A stretch of DNA of 64,000 nucleotides from Octopus vulgaris (taxonomy: Eukaryota), in assembly GCA_951406725.2 (NCBI GenBank), contig OX597818.1:16058001-16122000 (forward strand). Reading direction: 5' to 3'. The notes beneath the pieces are model-generated. The model had not been told where the DNA came from. It worked only from the letters and a program-made list of their open reading frames with translations, and ran no database searches. This document shows, piece after piece, positions 1 to 11,700 of this stretch; position 1 is the stretch's first letter, and each line of letters begins with the position of its first letter. The position numbers were made by a program, and so were the translations under genes.

Positions 1-161
1 TCATCATCGTAAAACGTCCGCTTTCCATGCTAGCATGGGTTGGACGATTTGACTGAGGACTGGCGAACCAGATTGCTGCACTGGGCTCCAGTCTTGATCT
101 GGCAGAGTTTTTACAGCTGGATGTTCTTCCTAACGCCAACCACTCCGAGAGTGTAGTGGGT
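1..161 (-). mobile_element. SINE/LINE 3' tail ending in (GAT)n (RTE-like tail family)
   Basis: Reverse complement of ...gagtggttggcgttagg...ccaacccatgctagcatggaaagcggacgt...gatgatga. The same family recurs at 5745-6035, 12462-12628, 13190-13590, 14700-14872, 29460-29690, 31765-32060 and 36100-36245. Confidence 0.75.
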
Positions 162-930
162 ACACAAATTTCAGAACTTGGGAAGCCACTCATGAAAGTC
201 ACTGCTAGCTCTCACTACGCATGCAGCTGTGTGCTGCCATCTGTTGGCATGCTACAGAACTAGTTCAGGAACTTTTTGGTACCACCTCGTACAGCTCTGT
301 TATAAGATGAAACAAAAGGGAATATAACTGGTATTAAGGTGATGTTTCTCTATTTCAAAATGAGTCAGCCAGGCCTAAGAAGACTACCTTTAATGTATTC
401 ATTTATATAACATGTTGTCTATTTGTATATCAAGGGACTACATTTTTCAGTATAGCCTTCTACCTTTGTTGGTGGTGTTTAACCCTTTAGCATTCAGATT
501 ACTTTGTCGAATCTAATACTTATTTATTCTCATTCTTGTGCTTATTTATTCTCTTTCTTTCTCTGAGGCACATGGTTCAGTAGTTAGAGCATCAGGCTCA
601 CAGTTATGAGGTAGTGAGTTCGATTCCAGGTTTTATTTGATCATTCCATCCTCACTGCTGGTATTTAATTTGAGTCTTTTTGTCTTATGTTTTGTATATG
701 TCCCTGTAAAATGTGTGTCAAGTTACATCCTATGTATAAAGGGTAACTTAGTCATTTGAAAAATAGGGATTGATAAAATGAATATTGGAATTAATTGCTT
801 TAATAGAATGTAAATATTAAAAAAATTTGCAAAGACTGCAAGAATGGGGTGGAGGGAATGAGAACTAAGATAAATGTTTGAACAAAATGTAGTTTGTTAT
901 TAACCATTTTTGTCTCTTTCTTTTTAACAG

Positions 931-1075
931 AATCCAATTTTTGTTGGAACGAAATTTATTCAAGAGAAAATAAACAAACTTTTTGAAGGAAAACCAGCCT
1001 GGCAAATTGTCCTTTTATCATGTGGCACCACAATAATGGTTATAAAGTTGCACGATTTACTTGAATCTGAAGAAC
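931..1075 (+). CDS. SGPL1: SGPL1 exon (first visible), N-terminal TM region
   Basis: tttaacag|AAT...GAAC|gtgagt; [48 protein letters not shown], resembling the human EPWQLIAWSVV segment. Confidence 0.85.
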
Positions 1076-1337
1076 GTGAGTACTTGAGACAGTTCAATAT
1101 TTTGATTTATAACAATTATTAATGATATTTGTAATTATTAAAGTAAGTATAATTATTAATACTGTAAAAATAAAAGTAATTTTCTTATAATTGTAACATG
1201 TACGTCTATTCCCAACTAAATGAAAACATGTTAAAGTCATTTAGAAAGCATCTGCTGTCTCCTAACTCTATGGTAATACATTGAAGTCATCTAGAAAGCA
1301 TCAAAGGCAGTATTTTGTTATTTATATATTTATTTTA

Positions 1338-1372
<35 letters not shown>

Positions 1373-3791
1373 GTTATTATTATTATTATTATGTGTGAGA
1401 GAGCAGTGCATGCCATCAAAGTGACACTGGGGTCAAATATACGAAGTCCAGTATACCCATCTGATAAGGGTACACCAGGCACATGCATCACAACCATATG
1501 TGCGTAACATGGTGATCTCATATCAAGATAAACAGTGCATGACCTTGCAGGTGGGGCCCAGTTAGAATTTTCTTCTGGTCAAGTAGCCCATCCTGCTCAA
1601 AAGGTCCCTGAATCAGCATTGTTTAAGGATGTTGAACGAACCACCCCTGTTTCCAAAGGTGAATTATCCAAACCTCTAAGAATTCCTTTCAACACACGGC
1701 TATGATGCTCCCCCACTACTTCTGCTCGTGGTCAGAGATGCACATATCGTCAACCACTAAAAGACATGGTCAACTGGTTAAGGTCAAACAACTGACAAGC
1801 AAATCTGTGATATTGAGCAGAATATTTGCTGTAGCCCATCTTTTATACTAAGACAAAACAATGTACATGATAACATTTCCAATCAGTTAAGATCAGAAGC
1901 TATGAGAGCCACTGCCTGGTACTGCATCAGGGCATTTATCATCATCATCGTCACTGGCGGCGGCATTATTATTATTATTCATTAGTCTTATTTTTATCAT
2001 GTCTTTTCATTGCACTTCCAAGTGCAGCTCTGTGTGCCTTGGGTATGTGCTGTGGTTTGTTGTGATACTCTTATTTTTACTGTATTGAAAGTTTTACGTA
2101 GGATGTGTGTGGTGCCTAGTAGTGCTATTTTCTGTATATACTTGTTAGTACTGGTGTTTTTGTTATGTATTTGTCTGAATATTTTTTATCATACTTAATG
2201 TGCCTATTATTATTATTTGTTGAAAGCTGAGTGAATGTTGGAAAAATGACCAGTATGGATGAACCAATTTTGAGATTACACCTGGAAAAATAAAAAGGTA
2301 TTAAAGGAGAAAGGGCTCTTGCCCTGTTGATCAGGCACCCGTGGCTTTTATGGGTTTTTCCACGAGTAACATTTAACGTACCTCCCCCAATTGGGAGTTT
2401 TTACTTGTTACATTGTTTTTTCTGTTATCGAATGTTTACATGGACCGTTCTTTGCAAAACTCTTTGTATATCGTCTTGTGTTGTTCTTTAATGTTTCTGA
2501 TTTATATTAGCCCTTGTGGCCATTAAAATAAATTTTGTATTATTATCATTATTATTATTATTATGATTATGATTATTGTTATTATTATTATTAAGGCGGC
2601 CGAGCTGACAGAATCATTAGTACGCCGGGCAAAATGCTTAGCACTATTTCATCCCTCTTCGTGTTCTGAGTCCAAATTCCGCTGAGGTCAACTTAACCTT
2701 TCATCCTTTCAGGGGGTTGATAAATTAACTACCAGTTGCATACATTTTAAGCCTTGTGTCTATAGTAGAAAAGATTATTATTATTATTGTTGTTATTATT
2801 ATTATTCAGTAGTTTTATTTTTATAGCGTGCTTTCACTTCACTACTGAGCGCAGCTCTGTGTGCCTTGGGTATGTGCTGTGATTCGTTGTGATGCTCTGA
2901 TGGTTATTGTATGGAAAGTGTTCTGCGTAGGATGTGTGCAGTGCCTAGTAGTGCAATTTTCTGTATGTTATATGTGTTTGTAAGTCCTGGTGTTTTTGTT
3001 ATGTATTTGTCTGAATATTTTTTTATCATGCCTAATGCACCTACTATGATAGGAATTGTTTCAGTTTTCAGATTCCACATTCTAGTTACCTCTATTTCCA
3101 GGTCTTTGTATTTTGAGAGTTTCTCCATTTCTTTTAGAGACACGTTGTCATCAGCCGGTATTGATACATCAATTAGAAAGCATTTTTTTCCTTCATGGTC
3201 TCTGACAACTATATCTGGTCTGTTGGCCTTAATTTCTCTGTCTGTGTGTATCGGCATATCCCAGAGTATGGTTGCTTTCTCGTTTTCTGTGAACTTTTCT
3301 GGTGTGTGTCTATACCATCTTTTTTCTGTTGTTATTCCATAATGTTGGCATAGCTTCCAATGTATGTAGGTTCCAACTCTGTCATGTCTGTGAATATATT
3401 CCTTCTTAGCCAGGACTGGGCAGCTAGAGATAATATGATTTATTGTTTCTTGTCCATCTCCACATATTCTGCAGTTACTTGTAATATTTCTTTTCATTAC
3501 ATGTTTTTGGTAATTTCTGGTGGGGAGGCTTTGGTCTTGTGCTGCAATTAAAAATCCCTCTGTTTCTGCTTTGAGTCCTGAGCTTCTCAACCATTGCTGG
3601 GATTTTTCTTTGTCTATTTCTTTTGCGTTTAGTTTAGTCCAGTATTTACCATGAAGGGGCTTTTCTTGCCATCGTTTTATCATGGTTCGTTGCTGTTCTA
3701 TTTTTAGTTTGGATTTCATTTGTTTTATAGCTTTTGTTGTTTCTTCATCTTCTTCTTCTTCTTCTTCATGTTTATTAGGTGGTATGATTTC

Positions 3792-3836
<45 letters not shown>

Positions 3837-6800
3837 TAGTTTTGATTTTATCATGTGCTTTCACTGCACTACTGAGTGCAGCTCTCTGTGCCTTAGGTAT
3901 GTGCTGTGGTTTGTTGTGATGCTCTTATTTTTACTGTATTGAAAGTTTTACGTAGGATGTGTGTGGTGCCTAGTAGTGCTATTTTCTGTATATACTTGTT
4001 AGTCCTGGTGTTTTTGTTATGTATTTGTCTGAATATTTTTTATCATACTTAATGTGCCTATTATTATTATTATTATTATTATTTGTTGAAAGCTGAGTGA
4101 ATGTTGGAAAAATGACCAGTATGGATGAACCAATTTTGAGATTACACCTGGAAAAATAAAAAGGTATTAAAGGAGAAAGGGCTCTTGCCCTGTTGATCAG
4201 GCACCCGTGGCTTTTATGGGTTTTTCCACGAGTTTTAAAGTACCTCTCCCAATTGGGAGTTTTTACTTGTTACATTGTTTTTTTGTTATCGAATGTTTAC
4301 ATGGACCGTTCTTTGCAAAACTCTTTGTATATCGTCTTGTGTTGTTCTTTAATGTTTCTGATTTATATTAGCCCTTGTGGCCAATTAAAATAAATTTTGT
4401 ATTATTATCATTATTATTATTATTATGATTATGATTATTGTTATTATTATTATTAAGGCGCCGAGCTGACAGAATCATTAGTACGCCGGGCAAAATGCTT
4501 AGCACTATTTCATCCCTCTTCGTGTTCTGAGTCCAAATTCCGCTGAGGTCAACTTAACCTTTCATCCTTTCAGGGGGTTGATAAATTAACTACCAGTTGC
4601 ATACTGGGGTCAATCTAATCGAGCGGCCTCCTCCCACCAAATTTTAAGCCTTGTGTCTATAGTAGAAAAGATTATTATTATTATTGTTGTTATTATTATT
4701 ATTATCTAGTCCAACCCATGCTAGCATGGAAAACGGATGCTAAACGATGATGATGATGATATTATTATTATTTCTTCTTTTTCCAATTTTGTTTCCATTT
4801 CTTGCCAAGTGTCTTCCCAACACCTAGGTCAAAGAAACTCACTGTATACATTTGTAGGTCATTAAAATAAAAATACACCAGATTGTTCATTTACATAGAA
4901 AAGAAAGGGAAAAAAGAAAAAAATAGAAAAATTAAAAAAAAAAGAAAAAAAAGGAGAAAATAGAAAGAAAATGCACAGATAATGCTCTTCTAAAATATGT
5001 GTGACATACCAGTTAAAACAACCTTTTGCACTTCTTGCATGGATGGGAAGCCAAGGAAGGGATCATTCTCAAATAATTTTCACAATCACTGGTATTGTAA
5101 CTGTCTTGAGTTGTCACATTTTTTCAAATTCAACGGGCAAATCTTTACATTTTCTGTGCTTGTCAAATTCTTTTGCTGAGATATTATAATCATACGGAAC
5201 ACTCATGTTTATCAATAAACAAACTTTATTATTTTGGTCTTTCACAACAATATCAGATTTATTAGTTTTGATGGTTCTGTCTGTATGTACTGGACACTCT
5301 CAAAGAATCGTTACATTTTCTCCTTCACTTACAGCCTCAGGACAGAGCTTATAAAACCTTGTCAGAAGTTTTAATTTTATGATGCTGACATATTAATCTG
5401 TGTAGATATTGGCCAACTCTGTCATATCTTGATTTATACTTTATAGGTGCTAAAACTTTACACCCAGAGATTAGATTGTCCGTTGTTTCAACCTAACCAT
5501 TGTGATATCGGCTACAGTGAGCTGGCAGAATCATTAGCACGCTGAGTAAAATACTTAATGGCATTTTGTCTATCTGTATGTTCTGAGTTCAAATTCTGCC
5601 AAGGTCGACTTTAACTTTCAACTTTTTGGATTCAATAAAATAAGTTCTGAGGTCAATGTAATTGACTTAACCCTTCTCTTGAAATTGCTGGCCTGGTGCC
5701 AAAATTTGAAATCATTATTATCATTATTATTGTTATTATTATTATTAGCGAGGTCGTTGCCAGTGCCGCTGGACTGGCTCCTGCGCAGGTGGCACGTAAA
5801 AAACACCATTTGAGCATTGTCTCTGCCAGTACCGCCTGACTGGCCCTCATGCCGGTGGCACGTAAAAGCACCCACTACACTCTCGGAGTGGTTGGCATTA
5901 GGAAGGGCATCCAGCTGTAGAAATTCTGCCAGATCAAGATTGGAGCCTGGTGCAGCCATTTGGTTCGCCTGTCCTCAGTCAAATCGTCCAACCCATGCTA
6001 GCATGGAAAGCGGACGTTAAACGATGATGATGATGATTATTATTATCAGTTGTTGAGGTGGCAAGCTTGTAGAACTGCAGCATTCCAGACAAAATGTCAT
6101 TAAGCATTTTGTCTTAATGGCTTAATGGCATTTTGTCTGTCTCTGCATTCTGAGTTCAGACTCCACTGATATTAACTTTGCCTTTCATCATTTTGGGGTT
6201 GATAAAATAAGTACCAGTCAAGTACTGGGGTTGGTGTAATTGTCTTCCCCCTCCTTCATAAACTGCTGGCCCTGTGTCAAAATCTGAAACCATTATTTTT
6301 ATTGATTGTTAGATTGTTAGCATAGGTGCAGGAGTGGCTTTATGGGAAATAGCTTGCTTATCAACCACATGGTTCCTGGTTCAGTCCCACTGCAGAGCAC
6401 CTTAGGCAAGTGTCTTTTACTATAGCTTCGGGCCGACCAAAGCCTTGTGAGTAGATTAGGTAGTGTTTGTGTGTTTGTGTCCCCCCCCCATTATCACTTG
6501 ACAACCGATGCTGCTATGCTTACGTCCCTGTAACTTAGCGGTTCAGCAAAAGAAAACGATAGAATAAGTACTAGGCTTACAAAGAACGAGTCCTGGGGTT
6601 GATTTGTTCGACTAAAGGCGTTGCTCCAGCATGGCCGCAATCAAATCACTGAAGCAAATAAAAAAGTAAAAGAGTATGCCAGACAAGATGTTTAGTGTCA
6701 TTTCCACTGGCTTTACATGACATGGTGTCCTATGTGACTAATGTAAATCGCAGTTCAAACGTTGTCGAACCCAACTTTACCTTTCCTTCTTTTGCAATTG

Positions 6801-8506
6801 ATAAGATAAATACCAGTCAGGTAGTGGGGTTGAGGTAATTGACTTACCCACTACCCCCAAATTTCAGGTTTTGTGCCTGTATTAGGAAGGATTGTTATCC
6901 TGGGGGGTCGATGTAATCTCCCAGTCTACCAAATTTCAGGCCTTGTGCCTTTAGTAGAAAGGAGTGGCTGTGTGGTAAGTAGCTTGCTAACCAACCACAT
7001 GGTTCCAGGTTCAGTCCCACTGCATGGCATCTTGGGCAAGTGTCTTCTGCTATAGCCCCGGGCCGACCAATGCCTTGTGAGTGGATTTGGTAGACGGAAA
7101 CTGAAAGAAGCCTGTCGTATATATGTATATATATGTATATGTATGTATGTGTTTGTGTGTCTGTGTTTGTACCCCTAGCATTGCTTGACAACCGTTGCTG
7201 GTGTGTTTATGTCCCCGTCACTTAGCGGTTCGGCAAAAGAGACCGATAGAATAAGTACTAGGCTTACAAAGAATAAGTCCTGGGGTCGATTTGCTCGATT
7301 AAAGGTGGTGCTCCAGCATGGCTGCAGTCAAATGACTGAAACATGTAAAAGAGTATTATTATTATTATTATTATATACATACTCTACCCGGTACTATGTC
7401 TGCTTTTGCATAGTTTCTATGGTTGGGTATGTATATGTATGTATATATATGCATGCATGAATGTGTTCGTGTGTGTACATATATAGTTGCACATACATGT
7501 GTGTGTATTCTTTTATTCCTTTTATTTGCTTCAGTCATTTGACTATGGTCATACTGAAACATTGCCTTAAAGGGTTTTAGTTGAAGAAATCATCCCCAGG
7601 TCTTATTGTTTGTAAGCCTAGTACTTATTTTATTGGTCTCTGTTGCTGAACTGCAAAGTTTTGGGGACATAAACTCACCAGCATCAGTTGTAAAGTGATG
7701 GCGGTGGGGAACAAACACAGACACACACATAAACATATACATATACTAGCAGCTAAGCCCGGTTTCACCCGGTCGGTTTGGATGATGTGGCTGTAAAACC
7801 TGCTTTGTGTAAGCATTCAACTTGTTTGGGCACGCTTATGTTAAAAAACAATTTTAGAATGACATTTTTCTGTCAAAACACTAAAAATAACTGACCCGAC
7901 AAAAAAATAAAAAAAACCAACCAAGCCTCAACCAAATCAAAAAATAAACCCAAATACTAAGCAAACAAAGGATGAACCATCCCATTTCCATTGCTTGCAC
8001 ATGCACACACACACATTCACATACCCTCCTTTAACATACACATATATATTCACACAGAGTTGAAACGTTATTTGATTTATCTTTTTCAGTGTACACTACC
8101 AAGTATGACATCACTCCTTCCTTCCTTATTCAGCTATCACCCCTTCCTTCTTTATTCATCTATCACCCTTTCCTTTCTCATTCATAAACACGAGTATTAT
8201 TATAGTAGATTATCTCAGTAACCATGAGAGCTATAAAAGAATACAAAACCCAGTATCACCATCGGATCATTCACACCTCTGTATACTTTTTTGCACAATT
8301 CCACTTAGCTGTTTGACCAAGAATCCTAAGACAAGAAAGAATCGCCCATGTCAAATTTATATGTATATATATATATATATATGCTCATACAAGACCCACA
8401 TTATACTTCTCACTCGTATCATTATCGAACCGAGAGTTTAACTACGGTCTTTCCATAGCACTTACATAGTGTTACCTGCCACCTTGGGTCTTCTGGATAC
8501 TAATAC

Positions 8507-8553
<47 letters not shown>

Positions 8554-8716
8554 ACCATGATAGATCGGTAGCCACTACACACATTTTTTTTTTTCTCTCC
8601 TTGTTTTTTTCTGCGTCCCTTTCTGTAGAAGAGCATAGGCTCGAAACGTAAAAGACTTTTTCAATTCCTGTTTTGTACACCACCTGTCTTTGTCTTTTGT
8701 CTTTTTCGTGAACTCT

Positions 8717-8755
<39 letters not shown>

Positions 8756-11700
8756 ACAGGCTTCTTACAGTTTCCATCTACCAAATCCACTCACAAGACT
8801 TTGGTCAGCCCGGAACTATGTGAATGAGAAGAAGCAAGCTTCTTACCACACAGCCATGCCTGCACCTATTCACACACACATACATATTTATATGACAAAT
8901 ATCTTTTTGAAAGTATTGGTTTTATATTTCTTTATAATTTGAATCATTAATCCTGAATTCCTTGTATTTTAGTTCGTTTTATACTTTCTGGTGTAATTTC
9001 AGATTTAACCTTGAGGATTAAGAGAACTTTATTTAAAATATTGAGGAAAGTACCTGCTGTGCAGCAGAAAATAGACAAGTCACTGAAGGAAACTGCCCAA
9101 CAGATCAATGAGAGTATCAAACATTCCATTAATTCAGAACCATATGTACAGGTTGTGCCAGAGAAAGGATTTTCTTCAGTGAGTAGTGTTTTGTTTTGAA
9201 GTATTTTTTGGCTGTTTAAAAAAATAAAAAAAAAGCTTATTTAATTTTAAATTAAGGTTTGCAGAGGTCAACTCTGTTACAACCTTCTCTTCCCCTTCCT
9301 CATCCTCATCCTCCCTCTTCCTCCCTCCTCCCACATACTTCTTTATCTCTTACTCCTCGTCCCTCCTTAACCCTTATCCTTACTCCCTGCCCCCCCTCCC
9401 CACATAAGTCTTCTAGGGCCCAAAATTAGCATCGAATCATTGTTTTGAGAATGTTGTTTATTCCCTCTTGCCGTTTTAGCAATGTGTGGAGAACAACATC
9501 TGAATTTTACCTAGTGGATGTTTTTGTACCTGTAAATGTTTTCTTTGAAAAATATTGGTCAAACTTAGCCAATAAAAATTATATTTGTCCAATGAATATT
9601 ATTTTGTAGACTATTAAAGTCCAGTGTGATGGGGTTTTTTTTTTCTAATTTTGAATACAGTTGAATAATTTGTGGTGGTGTTTACATTTTCACAGTTTGT
9701 GCTGATTTTTTTTCTGTCTTTCCTACTCACAAGATTGCTGTAAGCTTAAATTTTTATAGCTTTTAATGCTAAAGCAAGGAATTAGTTTTCACATTTTGAT
9801 TTTTAATCTAGGTCTACACACAATTCTGAGAAAGGGACCAGGTGGTCGTGGGATGTGCTAGAAACAACAGCTAAACCTCCCTTAAGTTACACACCTTTTC
9901 ATCTGAAAATACAATTTTCTTTTTATAATGGAAAGGCTTCTTCATTCATTTTTAAGTGTGTAGTGCTAAAAACTAAAAAGCCACAATCGGTGTGGAGGGA
10001 GTGGTGGTGGTGAAGAGTTGGGGGAAGAAAAAAGCTCCCACAAATTTTCCAAAACTTTTTTGCATAAGAAGCTTCCCACCAGCATTTCCAAGGCTGTGAT
10101 GAAAAAAATAATTGCAAAAAATCCCCATCAAAACAGAAAATCTAATTTACGTGAGCATCTTGATACAAAATTCTACCATTTATAGTCATTTTTAATAGTC
10201 CATTAAAATTTTATTGAACTGGTACCATGTCCCAAAAACTCAGGATTAATTTAGTTCTATACCTTACTTGAAAACAAATAAGAAGTGTTAGTGTTAGGAA
10301 AAGTATCTAGCTGTAAGAAAAGCTGCTTCATAAAATCGTGTCCAACCCATGCCAGCATAAAAAAAGTGTATTTTATAAAAACATGACAAAAGAACATCGA
10401 TTTCCTTTGTTTTCTATTTTTTTTTGTTTTTGTTAATTTTACTTTATTTTAATACAATAATGCATAGATTTGAACATTATAAGGTATAAGCTGAGCAATA
10501 TGTATGTTAGAACAGTAATAGTTTGTTGACTGTAATACAATATTTACTGTTATACCTGCAGAAAATAATACATATTTATATGCTTGTTGCTGTTTCAGGA
10601 AGATGTCATGAAAGAAGTGGAAAGGTATCGTGCCTATGGTGTTGTTGACTGGAAAAAAGGCTGGTGTTCAGGAATGATTTATGGATCAAATGAGGAGCTT
10701 ACAAAACTGCTGGCTAAAGTAAGTAGTTGTAGTAGCAGTAGAAGTAGTAGTTGTTGCTGTTTAGCCCAGGCCTGTTCTTATCATGCAATCACATATAAAA
10801 TTGAAGGTTTCACTCTGTGCTCAAAATCTGTGTATTTAACTCTTTAACGTTCAGATTCTTCTGTCAAATGTATTGCTTATTTTTTCACATTGTTTTAATT
10901 TAATTATGCATCATCTTGTAGCTTCAAGATTTCAGTGGTGTGTTTGTATATTTTTAGAATGACGTTGTAGATAAGGTGTGATAGGTTGGATCTGTTAAAT
11001 TTTAACATCAAACAAGTAGAGTATTTGGGCTGGATATGGCCGGATTAAATGCTGAAGGATTAATCAATCATGAGGGATTCTGAAATAGAAAGCAGCATGT
11101 CAAAATATAGAACTGTCCTCAGAGTGAAGACCTGATCTGAATGCTTGCAGCAGACTGGGCTAAGCTAAAAGTACCCAAGGTTCAGGTTGTGGTGTTAAAC
11201 TAGGTTAAGAATTGGGTACAGTTCAACTTATAAGCTTCCACACACATTTCATTTATCGAATTTCGTTTATTAGTGTTGGATTGCTGTGAGGCCATGACAG
11301 GAATTACTTAACCAAAGTGTCACAACAAATGTGTAAGTAAGATAAAATATTGATTGATTGAACTTTCTATTTCAGGTTTATGAAATATTTGCCTTCAGCA
11401 ACCCTTTACATCCAGAAGTATTTCCCGATATTCGTAAGATGGAAGCAGAAATTGTCCGCATGACATGTAATTTATTCAATGGAAGTTCAGCAAGTTGTGG
11501 CATTGTAAGTTCATCTATTTTCTTCTCTTATAATTTTTTTTTCTTTAATGGTAATTTAGTGTTGTTAATTAATTAATTAGATTGAAACTAAATATTTTCC
11601 ATTAATACTCTTGGTTATATATTTATACTTCATTGAAATGTTACAATGTTGCAATTTACCAGTGTGTGTGTGTGTGTTATTAATATTGGTGTAATGTGTT

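Noticed and set aside
180-930. SGPL1 start-codon exon or promoter
   Set aside because: I could not identify a convincing ATG plus phase-0 donor, so it is probably upstream of the window.
2904-3854. 316-aa ORF as a host gene with poly-N/poly-E N-terminus
   Set aside because: It is a retrotransposon C-terminus. The ATG and poly-N come from flanking repeat DNA outside the 5' truncation point.
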